A DNA stretch of 64,000 bases from Nibricoccus sp. (GCA_047602425.1 JASGHG010000001.1:4032001-4096000), one strand, 5' to 3'; numbered from the stretch's first letter, positions 19,737 through 30,038 are shown. The notes: generated from the sequence alone by a model not told the origin. A program made the numbers and translations.

Positions 19737-21770
19737 ATGCTTTTTCAACTCCAAGCCGATTATAAACCCACGGGTGACCAACCTGAGGCGATCGATAAAC
19801 TCGTTGCGTCCATTCAGGCGGGTAACAAGCACCAGACGCTTCTGGGCGTCACGGGCTCGGGGAAAACGTATACGATGGCCAATATCATCGCGCGGTGTGA
19901 ACGCCCGACGCTGATAATTTCGCATAACAAGACACTAGCGGCACAACTTTACTCGGAGTTTAAGAATTTTTTTCCAAACAACGCCGTCGAATACTTCGTC
20001 AGCTACTACGATTACTACCAACCCGAGGCCTACATCGCGTCGAGCGACACTTACATCGAAAAGGATTCCTCGATTAACGAGGAAATCGAGCGGCTCCGCA
20101 TGGCGGCGACGAGTTCGCTTGTCTCGCGGCGCGACGTGATCGTGGTGGCAAGCGTTTCTTGCATCTATGGACTGGGTTCGCCTGAGGACTTTGCCGAAAT
20201 GCGCATTCCGCTTCGTCGCGGTGTATCGATCGGTCGCAACAAGCTTCTCGAGCGCCTCGTGGATAATCTGTATGACCGCAACGACTACGAGCTGAAACCC
20301 GGCCGTTTTCGCGTTCGCGGCGACGTGGTCGACATCATGCCCGCCTATCTGGAGCAGGGTTTGCGGGTGGAGTTCTTTGGCGATGAAGTTGACGCGCTAT
20401 CCGAATTCGATCCGCTTACGGGCAACGTCATTCGTCCGTTGGACCAATTCGATTTGTATCCGGCTAACCAGTACGTGACGTCCCGCGGCCGGCTCGAAAA
20501 CGCGATCGCCGCGATCAAAAAGGAACTCGACGAACGCGTGGATCTCTTTGAGTCCACCGGGAAGCTCCTTGAGGCGCAGCGCATTCGCATGCGCACGAAC
20601 TACGATTTGGAGATGCTGCAAGAAATGGGGTTTTGCAGCGGCATCGAAAACTACTCGCGGCATCTTACCGGTCGAAAAGCGGGTGACAGGCCTTTCTGCC
20701 TGATCGATTTCTTTCCCAAGGATTTTCTTCTTTTCATCGACGAGAGTCATGCAACCGTGCCGCAGATCGGTGCCATGTACAACGGCGACAAAGCCCGCAA
20801 GCAGACGCTGGTCGACTTCGGCTTCCGCCTGCCGTCGGCCCTCGACAACCGGCCGCAATCCTTCGCGGAATTCACGCAGGTCACAGGCCAGACGCTCTAT
20901 GTTTCGGCCACGCCGGCCAAATTCGAACTGGAAAAATCCGCCGTCGTAGCCGAACAAGTCATTAGGCCCACAGGTTTGCTCGATCCGGAGATCACCATCC
21001 GTCCAACAAAAGGCCAGGTGGAAAACCTCATCGCGGAGGCCAGGCGCGCCGTCGGACAGGGCGAACGCGTGCTCGTGACGACATTGACGAAACGTTTGTC
21101 CGAGGATCTCACCGCGTATCTGCGCGAGGCGAAAGTTCGCGTGGAATATCTCCATTCCGACATCGACGCGATTGAGCGCGTGGAAATTCTTCGCAACCTG
21201 CGTCTGGGCAATTTTGATGTGCTCATTGGCATCAATCTTCTGCGCGAGGGGCTCGATCTACCTGAAGTCGCGCTCGTAGCGATTCTCGACGCGGATAAGG
21301 AAGGGTTTTTGCGCAGCCAGACGAGTCTCGTGCAAACAGCCGGTCGCGCGGCGCGCCATGAAAACGGCCGCGTGATTTTCTACGCTGACAATATCACCGA
21401 TTCGATTCGCGCCACGATGGAGATCACCGCGCGCCGCCGGGAAAAACAACTCGCCTACAACCAGGCGCATGGCATCACGCCGCGCAGTGTGAAACGTGCC
21501 GCGCAAGCCAGCTTGCACGTGTACACCGGCACAGACGAGGAGGAGGCAATCGTAGCCGAGACCTCGCCCGACGAGGTCGCTGTCGTGATTGCGGAGTTGC
21601 AGGACGAGATGACCGAGGCGGCTTCGAATCTGGAATTTGAGCGGGCGGCGCTGTTGCGCGACCAGATTGCGGCGCTGAAAAGCGGCGATTTCAAAAAGCT
21701 TTCAAAGCCGACCAATTCTTCATATCCAAAACGCAAGAAGAGCGGTTTTGCTACGAAGTGGAAACGGTGA
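19737..21770 (+). CDS. uvrB: Excinuclease ABC subunit B
   Basis: [32 protein letters not shown] and C-terminal UVR domain. Confidence 0.98.
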   Translation: MLFQLQADYKPTGDQPEAIDKLVASIQAGNKHQTLLGVTGSGKTYTMANIIARCERPTLIISHNKTLAAQLYSEFKNFFPNNAVEYFVSYYDYYQPEAYIASSDTYIEKDSSINEEIERLRMAATSSLVSRRDVIVVASVSCIYGLGSPEDFAEMRIPLRRGVSIGRNKLLERLVDNLYDRNDYELKPGRFRVRGDVVDIMPAYLEQGLRVEFFGDEVDALSEFDPLTGNVIRPLDQFDLYPANQYVTSRGRLENAIAAIKKELDERVDLFESTGKLLEAQRIRMRTNYDLEMLQEMGFCSGIENYSRHLTGRKAGDRPFCLIDFFPKDFLLFIDESHATVPQIGAMYNGDKARKQTLVDFGFRLPSALDNRPQSFAEFTQVTGQTLYVSATPAKFELEKSAVVAEQVIRPTGLLDPEITIRPTKGQVENLIAEARRAVGQGERVLVTTLTKRLSEDLTAYLREAKVRVEYLHSDIDAIERVEILRNLRLGNFDVLIGINLLREGLDLPEVALVAILDADKEGFLRSQTSLVQTAGRAARHENGRVIFYADNITDSIRATMEITARRREKQLAYNQAHGITPRSVKRAAQASLHVYTGTDEEEAIVAETSPDEVAVVIAELQDEMTEAASNLEFERAALLRDQIAALKSGDFKKLSKPTNSSYPKRKKSGFATKWKR

Positions 21771-21841
21771 GCAAAAATCCAGAAATCTAGCCATTGCTTA
21801 ACGCTTTTAGGCAAAGAAACTCCCTGTTCGCGCAATTCACA

Positions 21842-22078
21842 GTGAAGAAGCTCTTGATCTCGGCGGTCGTCTGTGTGGCTGCTCTTCCGATTGCCGTAAT
21901 AACTACGTTGTTGCTGGTCCCATTTTGGCGCTGGGTTGAGTCTCGGACGGCTATCGAGTCGATTGGCCACTCAGGACCGTCGGAGTGGTGCTTCGCCGTT
22001 GTTTATGCTCTGATCATCATCGCCAGTTTCACGACATGGTTTATTGCTCGGAGAAAAAAGCCCAACCAACGGCCATAG
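21842..22078 (+). CDS. Small 2-TM hypothetical protein with cassette-like flanks
   Basis: Two hydrophobic helices around IESIGHSGP; GTG start chosen; the track ORF begins at 21794. Confidence 0.55.
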   Translation: MKKLLISAVVCVAALPIAVITTLLLVPFWRWVESRTAIESIGHSGPSEWCFAVVYALIIIASFTTWFIARRKKPNQRP

Positions 22079-22239
22079 TGCACTACCGGGGTTGCGTCCT
22101 CTTCATCTGTTGAGCCATCTCTTGATGGGGCGGAAAATAAATTGGACGGACTAAAGGTGGCTTTTCTGCGATAGCTCTTAATAAGTGTTGGTCGTTTGTC
22201 ATAAGTTATTAATTCTGCTGACGAATTTCTCCCTGTATT

Positions 22240-23049
22240 ATGCGCATTGCCGTTCTCGCTGATATTCACGGAAACCTGCTCGCACTGAAAGCCGCGCTCG
22301 TGCATGTCGAAACGCTTCATGTCGATCGCATCGTCGTTTTGGGCGATATTGTTGTTGGCGCCCCGGATTCACTGGCTTGCTGGGAATTGGTGAAATCGCT
22401 CGGTTGTCCCGTGCTGCGTGGCAATCACGAACGTTATGTTTTCGATCTTGGCACGGACCGCGCGAGTCCCGAATGGAGCACGGCCCAGTTTGGACCGGTG
22501 CATTTTGCGGCGTCGCAACTCGGCGAGCAGATGCGCCGGGAACTGGCGGCGTTGCCGACGACGCTTTGGCTGCCTGAGGCGCCTGATGTGCTTTTTGTCC
22601 ATGGTTCGGCACGCAACGATACCGACCTGATTTTTCCTTACACGAGCGAGGCGGAGATTGAGCCGATGTTTGCCGGAGCGACTGAGCGCTGGCTGTTGCG
22701 CGGCCACAACCATTTTGCGGGCGTAAGATTTTGGGGAAAGCGACGGATCGTAACGGTTGGTTCGGTGGGATTGCCGCTCGACGGAACGCCGGGCGCGCAA
22801 TATTCCGTGTTGGAGAACTCCGGCGCCGATTGGTCGGTGCGGCAGTATTCCATTCCCTACGACATCGAGGCGGCGGTGCGTCGTTTCAAGGATTCAGGTT
22901 ATCTCGACGAAGCCGGTCCGATGGCGCGACTTTTCATGCGCGAAGTTGAAACGGCGGCATTCCACGTCATGCCATTTTTGAAGTGGTGGAAGACGAACGC
23001 GGCATATCCGCTGGCCGACGCCACGGAGCAGTTTTTCCGCAGGCGATAA
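22240..23049 (+). CDS. Calcineurin-like metallophosphoesterase
   Basis: DIHGN, LGD, RGNHE, VHGS and GHNH motifs. Confidence 0.92.
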   Translation: MRIAVLADIHGNLLALKAALVHVETLHVDRIVVLGDIVVGAPDSLACWELVKSLGCPVLRGNHERYVFDLGTDRASPEWSTAQFGPVHFAASQLGEQMRRELAALPTTLWLPEAPDVLFVHGSARNDTDLIFPYTSEAEIEPMFAGATERWLLRGHNHFAGVRFWGKRRIVTVGSVGLPLDGTPGAQYSVLENSGADWSVRQYSIPYDIEAAVRRFKDSGYLDEAGPMARLFMREVETAAFHVMPFLKWWKTNAAYPLADATEQFFRRR

Positions 23050-23330
23050 CAAATCGCGTGGAACAGAGCGGTACGCTGCCGCCGTGCCGCGATGTTGATC
23101 AGAGAACCTTCGTGCATTCGTCGACTGTTGAGGAGTTTAGATATTGAAAGGCATGTGCTTATGTTTGGCGTGGCGACGTTTGCTGACTTGAGCCCGTTTC
23201 AGCGCGGCTGCTCAATTTTTGTGTAAACCTTCACGTCGGTTCCAGCGTCTTACAAAAAACAGAGTATGTTATGGCGCCTCGGGTACTCCGGGGGGCCCGG
23301 CTTCCTCTTAACCAACGCTCTGACTCGAAA

Positions 23331-23717
23331 ATGACTCGAATCGCTTCCATGTGTTTTTCACGGCGCATCAACTTCCTGCACCTGCTGGCGGTTGTGGCCC
23401 TGTTCCCGTTTCAGCTTTTTGCTGACGATACCATTTACACCGTCGTGGACGTAAATCCCGTGCCGGTCAAAACCCCGCCGCCGGAGTATCCAGAGGATCT
23501 AAAACGCTTGGGGGTCAACGGCGTTGTCGCCGTGTCCATCGTCATCGACGAAAAAGGAAAAGTGATGACCGCGACGATTGCGAAGTCATCGCGCCGCGAG
23601 TTTGAAACGGCGGCGCTCGACGCGATCAAGAAGTGGACTTTTAAACCCGCGAAAAAAGATGGTGTGGCCGTGAAGGTGCGGGTGACCATCCCCTTGCGTT
23701 TCGATCTGGAGGACTAG
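23331..23717 (+). CDS. Stand-alone TonB C-terminal domain protein
   Basis: Signal-like N-terminus, then PEYP...GVVAVSIVIDEKG...W.FKPA.KDG.AV; no Pro-rich linker. Confidence 0.85.
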   Translation: MTRIASMCFSRRINFLHLLAVVALFPFQLFADDTIYTVVDVNPVPVKTPPPEYPEDLKRLGVNGVVAVSIVIDEKGKVMTATIAKSSRREFETAALDAIKKWTFKPAKKDGVAVKVRVTIPLRFDLED

Positions 23718-23771
23718 TCAGCTCCAACGCCTTTTGCGCGCGAAGCGAAGGCATCGGGAACACGACTGAGG

Positions 23772-23804
23772 ACGGTACGTTTTTTTCAACGTACCGTTTA
23801 TTTT
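23772..23804 (+). terminator. Probable terminator
   Basis: ACGGTACGTT-TTTTTC-AACGTACCGT followed by TTATTTT. Confidence 0.6.
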
Positions 23805-23884
23805 GTGGTACGGTCGGATGGTTTCGGCTCGCAGCCGAACAAACCTTGATCTGCCAAAACGCTTCGGCCTAGTATGGCTGGGCA

Positions 23885-24193
23885 ATGTTCTCCACAACTA
23901 CTCCCGCCACGCGTCGTATTAAACGCATCGCGCCTCTCCAACTCGGCAAGATGCTGGGCATTCTCTATGGAATCATGGGACTCTTGTTTCTTCCGTTTTT
24001 CCTGTTGATGGGTGTGCTTTCGTCTCAGCTACCGCCCGACCAAAGAGCAGGAATGATGTTCTTCGGGGTTGGCTTCGCGCTTTTCGCTCCGGTGATGTAC
24101 GCGGTCATGGGTTTCATCACCGGCGCCTTGGGCGCACTCGTCTACAATGTGGTTGCGAAGTGGATTGGCGGAATCGAAGTAGAGGTCGAATAG
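23885..24193 (+). CDS. Small membrane protein (DUF3566-like)
   Basis: Two TM helices and C-terminal YNVVAKWIGGIEVE. Confidence 0.7.
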   Translation: MFSTTTPATRRIKRIAPLQLGKMLGILYGIMGLLFLPFFLLMGVLSSQLPPDQRAGMMFFGVGFALFAPVMYAVMGFITGALGALVYNVVAKWIGGIEVEVE

Positions 24194-24281
24194 TCAGCTG
24201 CACCGGTTGCCTGGGTTTCCTGCCTCGCCGGAGGACAAAACCGGTTGATTTGTAGACGGCGTTGTCGTGTATGTTTTCCTC

Positions 24282-25628
24282 ATGGAAAACCCAAAAGAGA
24301 CGCGCCGTCCGCGCATTGTCGCGGTTCTCAGCGAGAACTTCGGGCTCAGCTCGACTGTCGCTTCGCTCGTCACGCTTTTCGCCGCCGCGGTTTGTATCTT
24401 TGCGGTAGTTTGGTTCGTGAGAACGGCTCCGCCCCGCACGCTCACCATCTCCAGCGGGAGGCCGGGAAGCACGTTTCAACGCCATGCCGAATCGTACCAA
24501 AAGGTGCTGGCGACACATGGCGTCACGCTTCGCATTTTGCCTTCCGAGGGTTCGAAGGAAAATCTCCAACGGCTGGGAACCGCCGAATCAGGTGTCGACA
24601 TCGCGTTTGTGCAGGGAGGGCTGACGGACGGCGTGAATTTGAGCGAATTGGTTTCTCTGGGCAGCATTTCCTACCAACCGCTATGGATTTTTTATCGTGG
24701 GCAGACCACCATCAACCGGCTGTCTGCACTGGAAGGAAAACGAATCGCCATCGGCGATGAACGAAGTGGCACGCACGTGCTTGCGCTGGCTCTCCTGAAG
24801 GCAAACGGGATCACCGGGGCTCCCACCACATTGCTCGATCTTGACGCGGAAGAAGCCGCAAAAGGCCTGACGGATGGTTCGGTGGATGCGGTTTTCCTTA
24901 TGGGCGAATCGGCGCCGACACAGACATTGCGAGCTCTGATCAGATCTCCCGATGTCCAAGCCTATAACTTCACCCAGGCGGATGCCTATGTCCGCCGTTA
25001 TGCCTACCTGAACCGAATCGAACTCCCGGAAGGATCGATCGATTTTGGGAAGAATCTGCCGGCGCACGATTTGGTGCTCATTGGACCTACCGTTGAGTTA
25101 GTGGCGCGCAAGGGATTGAATTCCGCGTTATCGGACCTGCTCCTCGACGTGGCTCGGGAAGTACATGGAAAGTCGGGACTGTTTCACAAACGCGGCGAAT
25201 TTCCCGCGCCGCTCGAACATGAGTTCAAGATCAGTGACGACGCCATTCGTTTCTACAAATCGGGCAAAAGCTTTTTGTTTCGCGCCATTGATTCGTTTTG
25301 GCTCGCCAGTCTTTTGAACCGGATGCTGGTGGCATTTGTCCCCGTGGTGCTGCTTCTTGTCCCGGCCATACGTTTTCTACCGAGCGCGTATAAATGGAGT
25401 ATCCAACTCCGATTCTATCGTTGTTACCGACGGCTTCTGCGACTCGAACAGGATGCCGAAGGTTCACCGTCCAACGAACAACGGCAAATCCTGCTCGAAC
25501 GCCTCAACGAAATTGAGAAGGTGGTCAATCACCTCAAGGTGCCCGCTTCTTTCGGCGACAGGTTTTATCTGTTACAGGGGCACATCAAATTCGTGCGGGA
25601 GCGGCTGGTGGAGCTGTCGCGTTCCTGA
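24282..25628 (+). CDS. Membrane-anchored TAXI-family TRAP solute-binding protein
   Basis: PPRTLTISSG, SEGSKENL, VDIAFVQGG and SGT motifs; N- and C-terminal TM segments. Confidence 0.85.
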   Translation: MENPKETRRPRIVAVLSENFGLSSTVASLVTLFAAAVCIFAVVWFVRTAPPRTLTISSGRPGSTFQRHAESYQKVLATHGVTLRILPSEGSKENLQRLGTAESGVDIAFVQGGLTDGVNLSELVSLGSISYQPLWIFYRGQTTINRLSALEGKRIAIGDERSGTHVLALALLKANGITGAPTTLLDLDAEEAAKGLTDGSVDAVFLMGESAPTQTLRALIRSPDVQAYNFTQADAYVRRYAYLNRIELPEGSIDFGKNLPAHDLVLIGPTVELVARKGLNSALSDLLLDVAREVHGKSGLFHKRGEFPAPLEHEFKISDDAIRFYKSGKSFLFRAIDSFWLASLLNRMLVAFVPVVLLLVPAIRFLPSAYKWSIQLRFYRCYRRLLRLEQDAEGSPSNEQRQILLERLNEIEKVVNHLKVPASFGDRFYLLQGHIKFVRERLVELSRS

Positions 25629-25831
25629 AATCGCCGGGTCCGACATCTCGGATTGCGCAAAGGGGAACGGCGTGCGTAAAAAGGGGAAGCTGATGATCCG
25701 CAGAAGCGCGGCTGCTTTTCGGCGGCGGCAGGCAACATCATCGCATTGGGAATGTCCTTGTACAAACCAAAGATACAAAACATTGCGCGCTTTCGATTGC
25801 GCAAAAGGCAAAAACTCAATTTCATCCCATC

Positions 25832-26125
25832 ATGTCGTTGTCTAAGTATATTTTGCGGGGACGGAGCACGGCCTCAAATCCGCTGAGTGCCGAAACAGGA
25901 AACAGTGTCGAGCTGCTCGCGTGGCTCGACAGCGAGGCGCAAAAATCGCCCTCGGATGCCTTGGCGATGGTGAAACGGCACTACTCGATGGAGGCCCGAA
26001 AGAACGGGTTGGAGATTGACTGGAGCGCGCCGGTTCTCGCCCTGCCTGCTCCGGAGGTCCAGGACAACCAGCTGCTTTTTGCGTTTCCCGGAGTGAAGGT
26101 ATTCGAACTCGTGGCGGGCAAATAG
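25832..26125 (+). CDS. Hypothetical protein (97 aa)
   Basis: ATG-started ORF filling the intergenic gap; no recognised motif. Confidence 0.5.
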   Translation: MSLSKYILRGRSTASNPLSAETGNSVELLAWLDSEAQKSPSDALAMVKRHYSMEARKNGLEIDWSAPVLALPAPEVQDNQLLFAFPGVKVFELVAGK

Positions 26126-26219
26126 CTCGCCAGTTCTGCGGCCGCGACGTCCGGATTGGATTCGGCCTATTAGGCTATAGTAATGGTTCGGGTTATGTCG
26201 AACAGCTGCGGGTTGCGGC

Positions 26220-26256
26220 AAAAAAAACCGCCAAGTGGCGTAAGGCCGCTTGGCGG
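26220..26256 (-). terminator. Rho-independent terminator of the basic microprotein gene
   Basis: Minus strand CCGCCAAGCGGC-CTTAC-GCCACTTGGCGG-TTTTTTTT. Confidence 0.85.
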
Positions 26257-26305
26257 AGACTGAGTTGGCGGAGCGTGGCGCGGCGCGCGGAGGCTCCGCA
26301 GCCGC

Positions 26306-26386
26306 TCACTTCTTTTTCTTACCGGCGGTTTTCTTCGCCGTCTTTTTCACCGGTTTCTTTGCGGGTTTTTTGGATTTAGCGGCCAT
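26306..26386 (-). CDS. 26-aa Lys-rich histone H1-tail-like microprotein
   Basis: MAAKSKKPAKKPVKKTAKKTAGKKKK; AAAAGGAAA ribosome-binding site upstream; own terminator downstream. Confidence 0.75.
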   Translation of the reverse strand: MAAKSKKPAKKPVKKTAKKTAGKKKK

Positions 26387-26711
26387 GGTAGGTTTCCTTT
26401 TGTTTGGGTTAACTGGCTTTCGGAATGTTCGTTCGTCCGAGAGCGCTGGAAATTTTATCTCCGAGATTTTTCGCGAAGTAAATAGGAGATATTCGGAAGA
26501 AGAAATTTTTCCGCGAACAGAACATCGGGACGGTTTCGCGGCATCGCAGACGAACCAATTGAAAGGTATTAAAACGAAAATCTGCGGGCACGCGAACGAC
26601 GACGGGTTTGGCATTACAACGAATTTTTTTCACGGGCGCGAATTGGGGTTGGGGCCATTTTATCGAAGAAAAGATACAATATTCTTTGCCCTGATTCGTC
26701 TGAGAGAGGAA

Positions 26712-27299
26712 ATGGACGCTGTCCGGCAGATTCCAAACTACATGAGTACTGAGCAAAAAAGACGTGTTTCCCAAGTCGTGAGCGACATGGGACGCGGGCT
26801 CATGCGGTTTATTCGGGTTCGCGTGTCGAGCGATGCCGAGGCGGAAGATGTATTGCAGGATGTCTGGCAGCAACTTGTGACCACGATCGAGGCTGGCGCG
26901 GTCGAGCAGGTGGGTTCGTGGCTTTATACCGTCGCGCGCAACAAGATCATCGATCGTTACCGCAAGCCGAAGATGTCTTCGCTGGAGGCTTTGGCGGTCG
27001 ACGCGGAGGAAACGGAATTCGATTTTGCGGACTTTTTTCTGCGCGACGACAAAACGCCGCGCACGGAACATTTGCGTGCGCAATTTTGGGAAAGACTCTA
27101 TGCGGCGCTCGCCGAACTGCCGGAGGAGCAACGTCAGGTTTTCGTCTGGCACGAACTGGAGGCGCTGTCGTTTCAAGACATCGCCGAACTCACCGGCGAT
27201 GGTGTCAACACGCTGATCTCCCGCAAGCGTTACGCGGTCCTGCATCTCCGGAAGCGGCTGGAGGCGCTTCGCGATGAATTTCGTTCATTCAAACATTAA
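26712..27299 (+). CDS. ECF-type sigma-70 RNA polymerase sigma factor
   Basis: AEDVLQD, WLYTVARNKIID, LPEEQRQVF and region 4 HTH (ISRKRYA). Confidence 0.92.
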   Translation: MDAVRQIPNYMSTEQKRRVSQVVSDMGRGLMRFIRVRVSSDAEAEDVLQDVWQQLVTTIEAGAVEQVGSWLYTVARNKIIDRYRKPKMSSLEALAVDAEETEFDFADFFLRDDKTPRTEHLRAQFWERLYAALAELPEEQRQVFVWHELEALSFQDIAELTGDGVNTLISRKRYAVLHLRKRLEALRDEFRSFKH

Positions 27300-27316
27300 C
27301 CGAACTATTTAAAACC

Positions 27317-27706
27317 ATGAAAAACCGATCCTGTGCCAAGTATTGTTTTTTGATCCCAGTCGCGGTGATCGCCTTTTTGGCGCTCTTCACGTACGTCGTA
27401 TATGCGCTATGGAACGGCGTGTTGACCGAGGTGCTCGCGGTGAAAGCCATTAGCTATTGGCAGGCGCTTGGCATCCTTGTGCTGGCTAAGATTCTTTTTG
27501 GCGGCTTCCCTCATCGGCGGGGTGGCCCGTGTGGACATTTCCGCGAACACCTAATGTCGAAGCGTTGGGAATCATCCACGCCGGAGGAACGCGAAAAGAT
27601 GCGCGAAGAAATGCGTCGGCGCTTTGGTGACTGGCCGCATCCGCCGTCGTGGTGCTGCTCGGGCGAAAAAGAACCAGACGCTCCCGGCAAAACGGGCGGT
27701 GGCTAA
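27317..27706 (+). CDS. Small membrane protein co-transcribed with the ECF sigma factor
   Basis: LWN...ISYWQALGILVLAKILFGG followed by a charged tail (TPEEREKMREEM). Confidence 0.75.
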   Translation: MKNRSCAKYCFLIPVAVIAFLALFTYVVYALWNGVLTEVLAVKAISYWQALGILVLAKILFGGFPHRRGGPCGHFREHLMSKRWESSTPEEREKMREEMRRRFGDWPHPPSWCCSGEKEPDAPGKTGGG

Positions 27707-27820
27707 AGGCAAAAAGTTTGGCCACAGCCTGACCAAATCGCGAAGCAAAATCCTCACTTTCGTCCAGTCCGCTGAGGTGTGCGGCTAAGGTTCAACCACT
27801 GCTCCAATTGCCCAACCGGC

Positions 27821-27955
27821 ATGCTCACGTTATTACTGTATTACGACAAAATCACCATGGCTGTGCTCGCGACCATCACGATCTTGCTGCTCACGGTCCT
27901 TGTGGCGACCGATAGTGCTGACTCAAAAAACCGGGGCGATCCCACGCTGCGGTAA
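27821..27955 (+). CDS. Putative 44-aa single-TM microprotein
   Basis: Hand translation MLTLLLYYDKITMAVLATITILLLTVLVATDSADSKNRGDPTLR. Confidence 0.4.
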   Translation: MLTLLLYYDKITMAVLATITILLLTVLVATDSADSKNRGDPTLR

Positions 27956-27998
27956 CCGCGTTGGGTTGTCTTGCGCGGTTTCAAAATCCGATACGTAT

Positions 27999-28205
27999 AT
28001 GAGTTTAATTTCCACCAACGAAATCATCGAAGAGGGTAGTCAAAGGTCGGAAGTAAGCGACCGGCTGGAGGCGGACTTTGCCTCAAGCTCAATCCAGGAT
28101 GCGTGGATCGCTAGCGATCAACCTTCCAGCGACCCGACTGATGGAATTTCCGACGCGCGGCTCTATCTGGCGGCGATGACGTACTTCTTTTCGGCCGGCC
28201 GATAA
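27999..28205 (+). CDS. Hypothetical acidic protein (68 aa)
   Basis: ATG start inside track ORF 27900..28205; acidic body with a short hydrophobic tail. Confidence 0.4.
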   Translation: MSLISTNEIIEEGSQRSEVSDRLEADFASSSIQDAWIASDQPSSDPTDGISDARLYLAAMTYFFSAGR

Positions 28206-28230
28206 AAACCGGCGGGAAAAAATGCGGCGC

Positions 28231-28812
28231 TCACGCCCACTCGGGCGGATTTTGCAGATGGGGCTTGAGAATGCCGATGTTGGGAAGGTTTCGGTAGCGC
28301 TCGGCGAAATCGAGTCCATAACCAACGACAAACCGGTCAGGAATCTGGAAACCCACGAAGTCGGCTTCAAACTCGACTTCGCGGCGGCCTTTTTTGTCGA
28401 GGAGGACGCAGGTCCGAACGCTGGCGGGGTCCTGTTTTCGAATGAGATCGACGACGACGGAAAGTGTTTTGCCGGTATCGAGAATGTCATCGATGAGCAG
28501 CACGTGGCGACCGGTGATGTCGAGCGTGAGACTGTGAAGGAGATGGGGTTTGCCGCGTGAACGAGTGTCATTGCGGTAGCTCGAAACGCGGATGCAATCG
28601 AGGCGGACGGGATTCCTGATCTGGCGGAGCAAGTCAGCGGTGAAGAGGATGGCGCCATTGATGATGGCGATGGCCGTGATTTCCTCGTCGCCGTAGGCGG
28701 CGGAAATGTCGGCGCCAAGTTTTTTGAGGCGGCGTTTGATCGCGGTGTCGCTGACGAGGATGGCCTCAAGATCGTCGGCCGGATTGTTGGTTGGCTTGAC
28801 AGTGCTGCGCAT
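28231..28812 (-). CDS. hpt: Hypoxanthine phosphoribosyltransferase
   Basis: [18 protein letters not shown] and [17 protein letters not shown] motifs. Confidence 0.96.
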   Translation of the reverse strand: MRSTVKPTNNPADDLEAILVSDTAIKRRLKKLGADISAAYGDEEITAIAIINGAILFTADLLRQIRNPVRLDCIRVSSYRNDTRSRGKPHLLHSLTLDITGRHVLLIDDILDTGKTLSVVVDLIRKQDPASVRTCVLLDKKGRREVEFEADFVGFQIPDRFVVGYGLDFAERYRNLPNIGILKPHLQNPPEWA

Positions 28813-28932
28813 CGTGAAGGCGTTAAGGAATCGCGGCGCGGGTGGCAACTGCTTCCGTATTCTGCGCGCGGTTAATTCCTTTGACTCACCTAGGTGGAAG
28901 ATTGTTTCTTCGCGGTCGGTCCACCACCTGCG

Positions 28933-30009
28933 ATGATCTCGATCCGGATAGAACAGCTCACCAAAAAATTCGGCACGACCGTCGCCCTGCAAGGTCTCGA
29001 TCTGACGATTGAGCAAGGGGAACTGTTTTTCCTGCTTGGGCCGAGCGGCTGCGGCAAAACAACGCTGCTGCGCAGCATCGCGGGCTTCTACATTCCGGAA
29101 GAAGGGAAGATTTTTTTCGGCGACGATGACGTGACGCGCCTGGCGCCGCACAGGCGGAACACCGGCATGATGTTTCAAAGCTACGCGCTGTGGCCCCATA
29201 TGACGGTGGCGCAAAACGTCGCGTTTGGCCTTGAAGAGCGCAAGGTGCCGCGCGCCGAGATCAAGACTCGCGTCGCCGAGGCGCTGGCCTCGGTGCGGAT
29301 GGAAGCCTATGCCGAGCGCAAGCCGAACCAGCTCTCAGGAGGACAGCAGCAGCGCGTGGCACTGGCTCGCGCGCTGGTGATCCGTCCGCGCTGTCTGCTG
29401 CTTGACGAACCGTTGTCGAATCTCGATGCGAAACTGCGCCTGGAAATGCGCACGGAAATCCGCCGCGTATGCAAGGAGTTCAATCTCACGACAGTCTACG
29501 TGACGCACGACCAGAAAGAGGCGCTATCGATCTCGGACCGCATGGCGATTTTGGAGAATGGCAAGATCCTGCAAGTCGGTTCGCCACGCGAGGTGTACCG
29601 TCGGCCGGCGCGGAAAACCGTGGCGAATTTCATTGGCGAGGCCGATTTTATCGAAGGCCGCATTATCGGCCTGATTGGCGACAGCGCGACGGTGGAAACG
29701 CCGATCGGCCGTTTTGACGGCGTGCTCGGCGATCCAGCGACGCGACCGACGGTGGGCAGTGCGGCGACACTTTCGATCAGGCCCGAATGTTGGAAACTCG
29801 GACGCCAGACGGGCGGGCGCAATTCGATCGCGGGCCGGATCGGCGAATCGGTCTACCTCGGTGAAGTGGCGCAGTACGATTTTTTGGCGAGTGCAAATGG
29901 TTCGTCATTGAAGATCCTGGAGTTAAATCCTCGCTTCCTTGGCACGTCGGCCGGCATGGAGCTGTTTGCGATGGTCGAACCCGAGGACGTGATCGTCCTT
30001 TCGGAATAA
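28933..30009 (+). CDS. ABC transporter ATP-binding protein (Fe3+/polyamine class)
   Basis: [26 protein letters not shown] and a TOBE-like C-terminus. Confidence 0.93.
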   Translation: MISIRIEQLTKKFGTTVALQGLDLTIEQGELFFLLGPSGCGKTTLLRSIAGFYIPEEGKIFFGDDDVTRLAPHRRNTGMMFQSYALWPHMTVAQNVAFGLEERKVPRAEIKTRVAEALASVRMEAYAERKPNQLSGGQQQRVALARALVIRPRCLLLDEPLSNLDAKLRLEMRTEIRRVCKEFNLTTVYVTHDQKEALSISDRMAILENGKILQVGSPREVYRRPARKTVANFIGEADFIEGRIIGLIGDSATVETPIGRFDGVLGDPATRPTVGSAATLSIRPECWKLGRQTGGRNSIAGRIGESVYLGEVAQYDFLASANGSSLKILELNPRFLGTSAGMELFAMVEPEDVIVLSE

Positions 30010-30038
30010 AACGGCCCGGCGCCACGACGACGTTTGCC

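Noticed and set aside
26250..26711. Long N-terminal extension of the ECF sigma factor
   Set aside because: It is the antisense of the Lys-rich microprotein plus promoter DNA; an ATG with a ribosome-binding site is present at 26712
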